DNA of 64,000 nucleotides from positions 274,006 through 338,005 of the forward strand of contig CAVSGM010000001.1 in NCBI GenBank assembly GCA_963727485.1, in the 5' to 3' direction. Every line of letters begins with the position of its first letter. The stretch's first letter is position 1. Of the stretch, positions 21,993 through 35,250 are shown one piece after another. The notes below the pieces were generated by a model that did no database searches, was not told the DNA's origin, and saw only the letters and a list, made by a program, of their open reading frames with translations. This stretch comes from an uncultured delta proteobacterium (GTDB lineage Bacteria; Myxococcota; Myxococcia; SLRQ01). The translations under genes were made by a program, and so were the position numbers.

Positions 21993-22045
21993 GACCAATC
22001 CCGGGAGACCGCCCGCCGCTCTCGCCACCCGCCCCCGGCCGGGGA

Positions 22046-23419
22046 TCAGGCGGGCTCGGCCGCCGGGGCCGCAGGCGCATCCCCACCGGAGGCGCCGTGG
22101 GGCTTGTCGTTCCACAGGCGGGTCATGATGAACGCGCCGATGAGCGAGAAGGGCACGATGGCCCAGGTCCACACGTGCCACCCGAAGTGGTCGAGGAGGA
22201 CGCCCATGAGGATGCTGGTGAAGCCACTGGCCACGTACTGGATTCCGTCGAGCATCCCCGCGGCGCTGGCGGCGCCCTTCTTGCCGCCGAAGTCCATGGA
22301 GGCGGTGCCCGAGAGCATCCCGTGGACCCCGAAGATCCAGGTGCAGGCGAAGCCGATGCCCAGGGCGGCGAGGAGGTCGCTGTGGACCAGGCCGAGGGCG
22401 ACGATGGCCACCACCTGCATCAGGTAGAAGAAGAACGCCACCGGCGGCCGCCGCGACTGGAAGAACCGGTCGGAGAGCCAGCCGGCCAGGAGCCCGCCGA
22501 CGATGCCGCCGACGGTGATGCTCGCGGTGGCGTAGTTGAACAGGGTGCTCCCGGGGGTGATGTGGTGCACCGTGGACAGCCACTCGGGGAAGAAGAAGAG
22601 GATCGACTGGCGGACGAAGCCGGTGCAGAACTCGGCGGCCATCAGGGTCAGCAGCACCGGGTTGGTGAACACCTTCCGGACGATGTACTTGAAGTCGACC
22701 GGGGTCTCGTCGCCGTCGGAGGCGTCGGCGGTGGAGAAGTCGTCGTAGCCCGCGTCCGAGGGCTTGTCCCGGACGAAGAGGAACGAGAGCACGAACATCA
22801 CCATCATGGCGATGCTGGGGAAGAAGAAGGTGAAGTACCAGGGGAAGATGTCCGGGTGCTTCATGATCCACCCGGCGGTGGACAGGGCCATCACGTAGCC
22901 CAGCGAGATCATGATCCCGAAGATCCCTCCGAACACCCCGCGCTCGTTCACGTGGAACCAGGGGGCGTTGACCTTCACCACGCTCATCGCCCCGAAGCTC
23001 TGGAAGAACATGTTGGCCGCGTAGAGCAGGCCCATGAGCAGCACCAGGTGGCTGGTGAAGCCGCCGAAGAAGAGCAGGCCGATGGCGAGGTTGAAGGTCG
23101 CCGCGCCCACCGCGCCGAGGAGGATCGCCTTGCGCCCGCCGATCTTGTCGGCGATGGGGCCGTTGACCAGCTCCGAGAGGGCGTACATCCAGAAGCCCGC
23201 GGCGGCGATCCAGCCGAACTGGGCCTGGCTGCCCCCGAGGAAGGTGGTCTCGATGTGGTGCTTGACGACGTTGACGTTGTAGCGACCCATGTAGAAGGTC
23301 GCGTAGGTCAGCCCCAGGAGGAACCAGTTCACGAACCGCCGGATCCGGTAGGCGGAGGAGTGGTTGGGAAAGCCGCGGGCGGGTGCGGCGGTCTCGAGGC
23401 TCGGGCTGATGTCGGTCAT
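22046..23419 (-). CDS. MFS transporter, organophosphate:phosphate antiporter family (GlpT/UhpT-like)
   Basis: 457 aa, 12 predicted TM helices. N-terminal YRIRRFVNWFLLGLTYATFYMGRYNVNV, typical of the GlpT/UhpT (OPA) family. Two 6-TM halves separated by an acidic loop. Confidence 0.8.
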   Translation of the reverse strand: MTDISPSLETAAPARGFPNHSSAYRIRRFVNWFLLGLTYATFYMGRYNVNVVKHHIETTFLGGSQAQFGWIAAAGFWMYALSELVNGPIADKIGGRKAILLGAVGAATFNLAIGLLFFGGFTSHLVLLMGLLYAANMFFQSFGAMSVVKVNAPWFHVNERGVFGGIFGIMISLGYVMALSTAGWIMKHPDIFPWYFTFFFPSIAMMVMFVLSFLFVRDKPSDAGYDDFSTADASDGDETPVDFKYIVRKVFTNPVLLTLMAAEFCTGFVRQSILFFFPEWLSTVHHITPGSTLFNYATASITVGGIVGGLLAGWLSDRFFQSRRPPVAFFFYLMQVVAIVALGLVHSDLLAALGIGFACTWIFGVHGMLSGTASMDFGGKKGAASAAGMLDGIQYVASGFTSILMGVLLDHFGWHVWTWAIVPFSLIGAFIMTRLWNDKPHGASGGDAPAAPAAEPA

Positions 23420-23591
23420 CGTCCGCCGTCATACCGGACCGGTCCCGTGCGGCGCAACCGAGCCGCCGGGCCAATCGGGCCCTGCGCCGACCCCGGCGAA
23501 GCGGGTACAATCCCCCCGGCCGGCAGGTCGCCGGGCCAAAGCCATCGCCCGCCCCACCGGGCCGCCGCACCCACGCCGAAAGGGGGAAGTC

Positions 23592-24029
23592 ATGCGCCAG
23601 CGCCTGATCCCGGTCCTCTTGACCCTGGCCCTCGCCGCCGCCGCGGCCCCACGCCCGGCCCGGGCCGCGACCCGCATCGGCCTCGGCGCCGACTACCACC
23701 TCGCCGGCCAGGGGATCTTCCAGCTCACCCTCGACGTGGACACACCGCTGGCCCGGCACCTCTCGGTGGGCGGGCGCTTCGGGGCGATGCTGTCGAGCAC
23801 GCCCACCACCTTCGGGGTTCCGCTGGATCTCTACCTGCGCCTGCGGATCCGGCGCATCTACGTCCAGGGCCTGGTGGGGCCGTGGATCTTCTTCGGGGGC
23901 CCCTCGGTGCGCGTCCACGCCGCCTTCGGCTTCGGCCTCGAGGCGGGGGGCGGGCTCTCGGTGGGCCTGGAGGTCGGCTGGCTCGACCCCTCGGCGATCA
24001 TCGGCCTGCGGCTGGCCTGGCGGATCTAG
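23592..24029 (+). CDS. Small secreted beta-rich protein, possible outer-membrane beta-barrel
   Basis: 145 aa from ATG 23592 (strong SD AGGGGGAAG). Signal peptide MRQRLIPVLLTLALAAAAAPRPARA. Alternating hydrophobic pattern, C-terminal aromatic-rich strand ...GLRLAWRI. Confidence 0.6.
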   Translation: MRQRLIPVLLTLALAAAAAPRPARAATRIGLGADYHLAGQGIFQLTLDVDTPLARHLSVGGRFGAMLSSTPTTFGVPLDLYLRLRIRRIYVQGLVGPWIFFGGPSVRVHAAFGFGLEAGGGLSVGLEVGWLDPSAIIGLRLAWRI

Positions 24030-24044
24030 GGCGCCCCGGCTCCG

Positions 24045-24452
24045 TCAGAGGGCGGCGAGGGCGGCGCGAATCGCCTCGGGGACCGGCACCGCCTTCATGG
24101 TGCGGTAGTCGACGATCACCACCGTCCCCTCGGCGACGGCCAGCGGCGTGTCCTCGTCCTCGGCCCGGGCCACCGCGTACTCGGTGACCACGCTCGACCG
24201 GCCGAGCTTCGCCACCCGCACCCCCACCACCAGGTCCGCCGGGTACACCACCGGCCGGCGGTAGGTGCAGGAGGTGGAGGCGAGGACCGGGCCCACGGGG
24301 TCGCCGGGGCGGGCGGCGAGCGCCAGGCGCTCGAAGAGCGCGATGCGCGCCGACTCGAACCAGGTGAAGTACCGGGCGTTGTTGGCGTGGCCCAGGGCGT
24401 CCATCTCGCCCCAGTGCATGGGAAACCGGATGGTGATCGGGTAGCCGTCCAT
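24045..24452 (-). CDS. Acyl-CoA thioesterase, hotdog fold (4HBT/YbgC-like)
   Basis: 135 aa. The MHWGEMDALGHANNARYFTWFE motif is characteristic of the 4HBT thioesterase superfamily. Confidence 0.75.
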   Translation of the reverse strand: MDGYPITIRFPMHWGEMDALGHANNARYFTWFESARIALFERLALAARPGDPVGPVLASTSCTYRRPVVYPADLVVGVRVAKLGRSSVVTEYAVARAEDEDTPLAVAEGTVVIVDYRTMKAVPVPEAIRAALAAL

Positions 24453-24553
24453 GGCGCCCGAGGGTATCGCCGGGACCCTTCGGGCGCCACGGTAGGGGCC
24501 CCCGCGGCGCCCGCGGACCCCGGCGGTGCTATCGTTCCCCCCTGGAGCCCGCC

Positions 24554-26323
24554 ATGACCCGACGCCTGTCCCTCCTCGTCCCCCTCGTCGTCCTCCTCGC
24601 CGCCTGCGGATCGCCCACGGGGCACGGGGGCGCTGACGGCGGCGCGGGCGACGGCGGCGGCGCGGCGGTCACCCTGAAGCTCGCCCCCGCCGACGCGACC
24701 CTCTCCACCGTCGACGGCCAGGTGCCGTCCCAGGCCTACACCCTCACCGCCGTCCACCCCGACGGCACCACCGAGGACGTCACCGCGGACGCGGCCTTCG
24801 GCCTCGCCGACGGGAGCCTCGGCTCGTTCGTGAAGGCGACCCTCACCGCCACCGGCACCGCCGCCGGGACCACCTCCGTGGAGGCCACGTGGCAGGGTCA
24901 CCAGGCCACCGCCACGGTCCACTTCGCGGTGGTCCGCCACGACCTCGGCTCCGGGGTCGACCCCTCAATCCCCGGCGCCATCTCTGGCGCCACCGCCGAC
25001 CCCGCCGACGCCCCGACGGTGGTCTACCCCTCGCCGAAGACCCTCTTCCCCACCAACCTCTCGGCCTTCGAGGTCCACTGGACGGGCCCGGCGGCGGTGA
25101 AGGACTACGCGGTGAACCTCAAGGGCCCCGGCGTCGACCTCACCCGCTACGTCACCGCCGACCCCAGCGGGAAGAACTACGCGAGCTTCGACGCCGGCAC
25201 CTGGGCCCTCGTCGGCACCGCCGCCGCCGGGGCCACCGTCACCGTCACCGTCACCGGTCTCGATCCCGTCGCCGGCACCACCGGCGAGGACCACCTGGAC
25301 GTCGCCGTGGCCCGGACCCGCCTCGACGGCGGCGTCTACTACTGGGCGGCGAAGAGCGCCGACGGGAGCCCCGAGGGCATCTGGCGCCACGACCAGGACC
25401 AGCCCGGGTCCGCGGCCGCGCCCTACTTCACCACCAACGACCTCGGGGGCACCGGCCACACCTGCGTCGCCTGCCACGTCCTCTCCCCCGACGGCACCAA
25501 GATGGCGGTCACCTTCGACGGGGGCAACGGCCCCAGCACCCTGGTCGACGTGGCGACCAAGACCGCGATCATCGACGCCACCAACCACTTCCACTGGAAC
25601 TTCGCCGCCTTCACCCCCGACGGCGCCAAGCTCCTCGGGTCGTTCAACGGTGCGCTCACCCTCTACGACGCCAGCAACGGCGGCACCCTGGGGACGGTGA
25701 CCACACCGGGCTACGGGACCCAGCCCCAGTTCTCCCCGAACGGCGACGCGGTGGTCTACGTCTCCCCCACCTCGCCCACCTCCGACTGGAAGTTCACCGG
25801 CGGGCGGATCGTCCTCCAGCCCTACGACGCCGCCGCCGGCACCTTCGGCACCGCGAAGATCATCCACCAGCACGCCGGGTTCAACGACTACTACCCGGCG
25901 TTCTCCCCGGACGGGACCTGGCTGCTCTTCGACGAGTCCACCGAGGACGCCTACGACGACGCCTCGGCGCAGCTCTACGCCCTCCCCGCCGACGGCAGCG
26001 GCCCCGCCATCCGCCTCGACCAGGCCAACGTGAAGGGCGGGCTCACCAACTCCTGGCCGAGGTGGGCACCCTTCGCGGCGACCGCCACCGGGCCCGACGG
26101 CAGGGCCGAGCGCTTCTACTGGTTCACCTTCTCGTCCAAGCGGGCCTTCGGGGTGCGCATGGCCGCGGGCCGGCCCCAGATCTGGGTGGCGCCGTTCTTC
26201 CCCGACCGGGCCGCCGCGGGCCAGCCGCCGACCCTGCCGGCCTTCCGCCTCCCGGACCAGAGCCTCCAGTCGAACAACCACATCGCCCAGTGGACCCAGC
26301 GGGTGGTGCTCCCGATCCACTAG
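24554..26323 (+). CDS. Lipoprotein with Ig-like N-terminal region and TolB-like beta-propeller repeats; contains a CxxCH heme-binding-type motif
   Basis: 589 aa. Lipobox LLAAC|G. Repeated FSPDG/FSPNG propeller blade signatures. TCVACHVLSPDG (nt about 25462-25476) is a CxxCH motif. Confidence 0.7.
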   Translation: MTRRLSLLVPLVVLLAACGSPTGHGGADGGAGDGGGAAVTLKLAPADATLSTVDGQVPSQAYTLTAVHPDGTTEDVTADAAFGLADGSLGSFVKATLTATGTAAGTTSVEATWQGHQATATVHFAVVRHDLGSGVDPSIPGAISGATADPADAPTVVYPSPKTLFPTNLSAFEVHWTGPAAVKDYAVNLKGPGVDLTRYVTADPSGKNYASFDAGTWALVGTAAAGATVTVTVTGLDPVAGTTGEDHLDVAVARTRLDGGVYYWAAKSADGSPEGIWRHDQDQPGSAAAPYFTTNDLGGTGHTCVACHVLSPDGTKMAVTFDGGNGPSTLVDVATKTAIIDATNHFHWNFAAFTPDGAKLLGSFNGALTLYDASNGGTLGTVTTPGYGTQPQFSPNGDAVVYVSPTSPTSDWKFTGGRIVLQPYDAAAGTFGTAKIIHQHAGFNDYYPAFSPDGTWLLFDESTEDAYDDASAQLYALPADGSGPAIRLDQANVKGGLTNSWPRWAPFAATATGPDGRAERFYWFTFSSKRAFGVRMAAGRPQIWVAPFFPDRAAAGQPPTLPAFRLPDQSLQSNNHIAQWTQRVVLPIH

Positions 26324-26352
26324 CGTGCCGGGCGTGTGCCCGGCGGGTGCCT

Positions 26353-26799
26353 TCAGTCGCCGACGTCGTCGACGGCGAGGCGGTGGGCGCGGTCGGGGGT
26401 GAGGTCGCCGTCGGCGAGGAGCTCGGGGAGCCGGGCGAGGATGCGCCGGGGGAGCACCCGCTCGATCTTGGAGATGACCCGGGTGATGGCCTCGTCCCAG
26501 GTGTCCTCGCCCTCGCGCTGGAAGCACAGCCGCGCCATGTAGAGGGCCGCGACCTCCTCCACCGAGAACGCCGGCCCCAGGCGAAGGCTCCGCGGCTCGA
26601 GGAGGCGCCAGCAGACCTGCCGCCCCTCCCGGTCCTGGACCAGGGGGATGCCGACCCGCTCGAGGATCTCCAGGTCCCGGTACACGGTGCGCACCGAGAC
26701 GGTGAGCTCCCGGGCGAGGTCCCTCGCCGGGGCCCCGCCGCTCCGGCCCGCGAGGGCCTGGAGGAGCTGCCACTGTCTTGCAATCTGATCGCCGCGCAT
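26353..26799 (-). CDS. HTH-type transcriptional regulator (DeoR/YafY-like N-terminal HTH, no obvious ligand domain)
   Basis: About 148 aa from ATG 26799. RGDQIARQWQLLQALAGRSGGAPARDLARELTVSVRTVYRDLEILERVGIPL is a typical HTH_11/DeoR-type helix-turn-helix. The upstream intergenic region has inverted repeats. Confidence 0.55.
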   Translation of the reverse strand: MRGDQIARQWQLLQALAGRSGGAPARDLARELTVSVRTVYRDLEILERVGIPLVQDREGRQVCWRLLEPRSLRLGPAFSVEEVAALYMARLCFQREGEDTWDEAITRVISKIERVLPRRILARLPELLADGDLTPDRAHRLAVDDVGD

Positions 26800-26942
26800 C
26801 GGTGTTCGAGCCCGTAGATGTCCCGAGAGAGTCTGCATGAGACCCGTGTCAGATCGGGACAAATCGGGGAGTTGCGCGATCGGTGTCCGCAGGCGAACAC
26901 GAAGGACGTTCGCCAGCGAACACAAAACCGGTTCGTCTGCGG

Positions 26943-28004
26943 GAGATCAGGGGGGGCGGGCTTCGGGGCGCGCGGCGTGGGGGCGGCTCCGGCGGTCCCG
27001 GTGATCGCCGCGCCGTGGGGGCGCTCGTCGAGGGTCAGGGGCGTGACCGCGTAGCGCTGGCCGTCGGTGCGCACCCGCACCGGCCCCCCGACCACCGTCA
27101 CCGCCTCCGGGAGGTGCAGGGGCGGGCAGCCGCGGCCCGGGCGGGGCCGGCCGGTGAGGAGCACCCGGGCGCCGCTGCGCACCAGCCGCTCGAGGACCGC
27201 CTCGCCGGGCCCGCAGCGCCCGGGGCCGGTGGAGACGATGGCCACCGCCGGGGACACCGCCCGGAGAAACGCCGCGGAGGTCGAGGTGTCGGCGCCCCCG
27301 GCGGAGACCCGGAGGACGTCGACGTGGCCCACCGCCGACCCCAGGGGGGTCTCCACGTCCGCGGTCCCCTCGCCGCCCCCGGGGAGCGCGCCGGCGGTGA
27401 GGTAGCGGAAGGCGCCGTCGGTGAGGAGCAGCGCCAGCGACCGCCCGGCGGCGTCGTGGACCTTCACCCGGGCGCCGCCTACCACCGCACCGTTCACCGC
27501 CATCACCCGGGCGACCACGCCGTCCCCGAGGTCGATGCGGTCGCCGGGGCGGGCGGTGGTGTGGTGGCCGGCGGCGAGGGTGCCGTAGCCCAGGCACTCG
27601 AGGCTGGTGCAGGTGAAGTCACGGCCGTAGTCGAGGAGGACGCCCCTTGGGACCGTGTCGTCGGCGGTCCCCGGCTGGCCGTCGCGACCGGCGAGGAGCA
27701 TCACCAGCCCGCCCACGGTGGAGGTGGCGAGGTGGCTGACCACCACGTGGTCCGGGGGCAGGGCGTGGTGGCGGCGCAGGGTGGTGAAGAGGACCGCGGT
27801 CGAGGGGCCCGGGGGGCCGCCGTCGATGAGGAGGCTGTCCCCGCGCGGGGCGTCGACCAGGGTGGCCTCGCCGGCGCCCACGTCGAGGACGGTGATCTCC
27901 AGGACCTGCTTGCCGGCGAGGGCCGGGGCGGTGGGGACCGGGGCGGCGGTGCGGCAGCCGGAGGCGGCGAGGACCAGGACGACGGCGGCGGCGCGGAGGC
28001 GCAT
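26943..28004 (-). CDS. Lipoprotein with metallo-beta-lactamase fold (ComEC C-terminal-domain-like); 3' end uncertain because the ORF reads through a G7 homopolymer with no stop
   Basis: Lipobox VLAASGC. ITVLDVGAGEATLVDAPRGDSLLIDGG is the MBL-fold motif of ComEC/Rec2-type hydrolases. As written, the ORF continues to 26124 through the neighboring regulator gene in another frame. One extra C in the 26951-26957 run would create a TGA, giving a protein ending ...PKPAPP. Confidence 0.55.
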
Positions 28005-28031
28005 GGGGACGACGGGGGCCCGGGGGCGGCG

Positions 28032-29078
28032 CTAGCGGCGCAGGAAGATCAGCCCGGCGACGAGGAGGGCCAGGGCCCCGGCGGCGCCGAGGACCAGGGC
28101 CAGGAGCCGGCCGTGCCTGGCTTCGGCGACCTGCGGCGGTGGCGTCGCGGCGGGCGCGGTGGGGGGCGGCGCGGCCGGGGCCCTGGGGGCGGCGGCCTTC
28201 GCCGGGGCGGCCGGGGGCGCGGCGGTGTCGGCCCGGGCGGCGGGGGCGGGCGGCGCCGGGGCGGCGGGGGCGGCGGCCTTCGCCGGCGGGGACGCCGAGG
28301 GCGCGAAGGCCGCCCGGGAGGCGTGGAGCCGGGGCCGGGGATGGCGGCGCGGGATCCGGTGCCGGGGGTGGGGCCGGGGGGGCGCCGCCCGGGCCACCAC
28401 CCGGGCCGGGTGCCCGGCGTCGGCCTTGGCGTCGGCCTCGGCGAGGGCCACCGTCCCCCCGTCGGCCGCTCCGGCGGCCACCTTCCTGGCGCCGGCATCG
28501 GCGGTGCCCCCGTCGGGGGCGAAGGCGAGCAGCCGCGCCTTGGGTGGCGGCGGGAGGTCGGTGCTGTCGACCCGGGCCAGCATCGTCGGGGTCGCGCGCA
28601 TCGCCAGGCGGTAGTGGTGCTGCGGGTCCTCGACCTTCGGCCGGGCGGCGAGGCGGGTGCGCACGTCGACGGCGAGGCCCTTCTGGGCGGTGAGGCGCAG
28701 GCCCCCGGCGAGGGTGATCTCGAAGTGGCGCCCGTAGGACGCCTGGCGATCCCAGGTGACCTCGAGGCTCACCTGGTGGGGCCCCGGCGCGACCGTCCCC
28801 GACCACAGCCGCACCGAGGTGATCCCGGGCCCCGCGGCGGCGCCGCCGAGGTGGACCACCTTCCCGTCGAGCCTGGCGGTGACCGTGTCGAGGACCATCC
28901 CCTCGGGGCCCGCGGGCTCGATGGTGAGGCTAAGCCGGGGCGCCGGGATCTTCACCAGGGCGTGGAGCTCCTGGTCCAGCTCCTGGCGGGCCCGGGCCTC
29001 GTCGCTCCCGGCGGCGTGGGAGGCCGCCGGGGCCAGGATCACCAGGCAGGCGAGGATGATGCGGATGCGCACGAACAT
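28032..29078 (-). CDS. Secreted, C-terminally membrane-anchored protein with a long Ala/Pro-rich low-complexity linker
   Basis: 348 aa from ATG 29078. Signal peptide MFVRIRIILACLVILAPAASHA, a ~200-aa globular region, then a PAAPAKAAAP-type repeat linker and a C-terminal TM (LLALVLGAAGALALLVAGLIFLRR). Confidence 0.5.
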   Translation of the reverse strand: MFVRIRIILACLVILAPAASHAAGSDEARARQELDQELHALVKIPAPRLSLTIEPAGPEGMVLDTVTARLDGKVVHLGGAAAGPGITSVRLWSGTVAPGPHQVSLEVTWDRQASYGRHFEITLAGGLRLTAQKGLAVDVRTRLAARPKVEDPQHHYRLAMRATPTMLARVDSTDLPPPPKARLLAFAPDGGTADAGARKVAAGAADGGTVALAEADAKADAGHPARVVARAAPPRPHPRHRIPRRHPRPRLHASRAAFAPSASPPAKAAAPAAPAPPAPAARADTAAPPAAPAKAAAPRAPAAPPPTAPAATPPPQVAEARHGRLLALVLGAAGALALLVAGLIFLRR

Positions 29079-29207
29079 GGACCTTCCCCCGGCCGGCATC
29101 CTACCATCCCCCCTGCCGCCGGGGGAGGGCACCCGGTCCCGCGCTTGCATTCCGTGGTATCGGTGTAAACTTCCGGGTCGGATTCCTGTGTCCGGGGGAA
29201 AAGAAGC

Positions 29208-29666
29208 ATGTCGCGCGTCCGATTCACCGTCGAGCTGGTCAAGCGTGGCCAGACCCTGTGCTTCGAGCTGCCAGAGGTGGCCAGCGCCAAGCTCGTGCAC
29301 CGGGGACGGGTGCCGATCAGCGGGAGCCTCAACAGCTTCCCGGTCCACACCTCGATCTTCCCCGACGACGACGGTGGCCACTTCATGACCGTGAGCCCGG
29401 ACATCCAGCGGATGGCCGGGGTGAAGGCCGGGGACCACGTGAAGGTCATCCTCGACCTCTCCAGCCAGCCGCGCACCGTCGAGGTGCCCGGCGACCTGGC
29501 CCGGGCCCTGGAGCGGGTCGCCGAGGCCCAGGAGGCCTTCGAGCGCCTCGCCTACTCCCACCAGCGGGAGTACGTGGAGTGGATCGAGGAGGCCAAGCGC
29601 CCGGAGACCCGGGCCCGGCGGATCGAGAAGACCGTCGAGCGCCTCCGCGAGACCCCGGCGCCCTGA
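29208..29666 (+). CDS. DUF1905 plus YdeI/OmpD-associated (OmdA) domain protein
   Basis: 152 aa. N-terminal RVPISGSLNSFPVHTSIFPDDDGGHFMTV pattern of DUF1905. The C-terminal AQEAFERLAYSHQREYVEWIEEAKRPETRARRIEKTVERL matches the YdeI/OmdA helix. SD GGGGGAAAAG upstream. Confidence 0.6.
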   Translation: MSRVRFTVELVKRGQTLCFELPEVASAKLVHRGRVPISGSLNSFPVHTSIFPDDDGGHFMTVSPDIQRMAGVKAGDHVKVILDLSSQPRTVEVPGDLARALERVAEAQEAFERLAYSHQREYVEWIEEAKRPETRARRIEKTVERLRETPAP

Positions 29667-29755
29667 TCCGGCCACCGCGCGAGGCGCGGGGTATTTGACC
29701 CGTCCCCGGTCGTGGCCTAGCTTCGCCAACGTTTCCCAGGCGAACCCAGGAGACG

Positions 29756-31879
29756 ATGGCGACGAAGGGCAAGGGCGGCGGCCGGAGGCCCCGGGCGAAG
29801 CAGGGCGACGAGCCCGCCGAGCCCCCCCGGACGCAGGCGGAAGGGCGGGCACGACCCGGGCCGAGCTCCGTCGTCCCCGCGCTCCCCGCCGGAGACGGAG
29901 GCCGGCGCCGGGTGGTCATCGAGGCGGTCTCCCCGGAGATCGACGGCGGGCGCCACGCCGCCAAGGCGGTCCTCGGAGACGCGGTGCCGGTGGGCGCCGA
30001 CGTCTACGCCGACGGCCACGATCTCCTCCGGGTGGTCTGCCGCTATCGCCGGGACGGTGACCGCGCCTGGCGCGAGGTCGCCCTGGCGCCCGAGGGGAAC
30101 GACCGCTGGTCCGGGCGCTTCCCGGTCACCGGGCTCGGCCCCTGGCGCTTCACCGTGGTCGCCTGGATCGATCGCTTCGGGACCTGGCGCCGGGACCTCG
30201 CCCGCAGACAGGCCGCGTCGGTGGTCACCGCCGCCGACCTCGCCCTCGGCGCCAACCTGGTCGACGCCGCCGCCGCCCGGGCCGAAGGCGACGACGCCCG
30301 GGACCTCGCCCGGGTCGCCCGCCGGCTCCGGGGCCGGGGGCGCCTCGAGGCCCGGGTCGCCACCGCCCTCGAGGAGGGCCTCGCCGAGCGCGTCGCCCGT
30401 CACGCCGAGCGCACCTACGAGGTGACCTACGCCCAGGAGCTGCCGGTGTGGGTCGACCCGGTGCGGGCGCGCTTCTCCGCCTGGTACGAGCTCTTCCCCC
30501 GCTCGGCCTCCCCGGATCCCTCGCGCCCGGGCACCCTGAAGGACGTGGAGGCGCGGCTCCCCTACGTGGCCCGCCTCGGCTTCGACACCCTCTACCTGCC
30601 GCCCATCCACCCCATCGGGCGGGCCAAGCGCAAGGGCCCCAACAACCGCACCGAGGCCGAGCCCGGCGATCCCGGGAGCCCCTGGGCCATCGGCAGCGCC
30701 GAGGGCGGGCACCTTTCGGTCAACCCCGAGCTGGGCACCCTCGACGACCTGCGGCGCCTGGTGGCCCGGGCCCGGGATCACTTCGGCCTCGAGGTGGCCC
30801 TCGACATCGCCTTCCAGTGCGCCCCCGACCACCCCTGGGTGAAGGCCCACCCGAGCTGGTTCGCCCACCGCCCCGACGGCACCCTCCAGTACGCCGAGAA
30901 CCCGCCGAAGAAGTACGAGGACATCGTCCCCTTCGACTTCGAGAGCGCCGACTGGCAGGCCCTGTGGCAGGCGCTCCTCGGGGTCTTCGAGCACTGGATC
31001 GCCGCGGGGGTGAAGACCTTCCGCGTCGACAACCCCCACACCAAGAGCCTGCGCTTCTGGGCCTGGTGTCTGGAGGCGGTCAAGCGCCGGCACCCCGAGG
31101 TGGTCTTCCTCTCCGAGGCCTTCACCCGGCCGCGGGTGATGTACGGGCTGGCCAAGGTCGGCTTCACCCAGAGCTACACCTACTTCGCCTGGAAGAACGC
31201 CAAGTGGGAGCTCGAGCAGTGGTGGAACGAGACCCTGCGTCCGGAGATCCAGGCGATCTACCGGCCCAACCTCTGGCCCAACACCCCCGACATCCTCAAC
31301 GCCTACCTCCAGGACGGCGGGGTGGGGGCGTTCCGGGTGCGCCTGGTCCTCGCGGCGACGCTGGGGGCGAGCTACGGGATCTACGGCCCCCCCTTCGAGC
31401 TGATGGCGCACACCCCGAGGGCGCCCGGGAGCGAGGAGTACCTCGACTCGGAGAAGTACCAGGTGCGCCACTGGGACCTCGACCGGCCGGAGAGCCTGGC
31501 GCCGCTGATCACCCGCATCAACCGCATCCGCCGGGAGAACCCGGCGCTCCACGGCTACACCGGCTTCGCCTTCCATCCGGTGGACAACGACCAGCTGATC
31601 TGCTTCTCCAAGCACACCGAGGATCTGTCGAACGTCATCGTGGTGGTGGCGAACCTCGACCCCCACCACCGCCAGAGCGGCTGGGTGACCCTGCCCCTCG
31701 AAGCGCTGGGGATCGCAGGCGACCGGCCCTACCAGGTCCACGACCTCATCGGCGACGCCCGCTACCTCTGGTCCGGCGCCACCAACTACGTGGCGCTCGA
31801 CCCGGCGGTGATGCCCGCTCACGTGTTCCAGGTGCGCCGTCACCTGCGCACCGAGCGCGACTTCGACTACTACCTCTAG
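29756..31879 (+). CDS. glgE: Alpha-1,4-glucan:maltose-1-phosphate maltosyltransferase GlgE
   Basis: 707 aa. GH13_3-type catalytic core ([38 protein letters not shown]). Domain order typical of GlgE, including an N-terminal Gly/Arg-rich tail. Confidence 0.88.
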   Translation: MATKGKGGGRRPRAKQGDEPAEPPRTQAEGRARPGPSSVVPALPAGDGGRRRVVIEAVSPEIDGGRHAAKAVLGDAVPVGADVYADGHDLLRVVCRYRRDGDRAWREVALAPEGNDRWSGRFPVTGLGPWRFTVVAWIDRFGTWRRDLARRQAASVVTAADLALGANLVDAAAARAEGDDARDLARVARRLRGRGRLEARVATALEEGLAERVARHAERTYEVTYAQELPVWVDPVRARFSAWYELFPRSASPDPSRPGTLKDVEARLPYVARLGFDTLYLPPIHPIGRAKRKGPNNRTEAEPGDPGSPWAIGSAEGGHLSVNPELGTLDDLRRLVARARDHFGLEVALDIAFQCAPDHPWVKAHPSWFAHRPDGTLQYAENPPKKYEDIVPFDFESADWQALWQALLGVFEHWIAAGVKTFRVDNPHTKSLRFWAWCLEAVKRRHPEVVFLSEAFTRPRVMYGLAKVGFTQSYTYFAWKNAKWELEQWWNETLRPEIQAIYRPNLWPNTPDILNAYLQDGGVGAFRVRLVLAATLGASYGIYGPPFELMAHTPRAPGSEEYLDSEKYQVRHWDLDRPESLAPLITRINRIRRENPALHGYTGFAFHPVDNDQLICFSKHTEDLSNVIVVVANLDPHHRQSGWVTLPLEALGIAGDRPYQVHDLIGDARYLWSGATNYVALDPAVMPAHVFQVRRHLRTERDFDYYL

Positions 31880-31886
31880 GACGGCC

Positions 31887-35249
<3,363 letters not shown>

Positions 35250-35250
35250 G

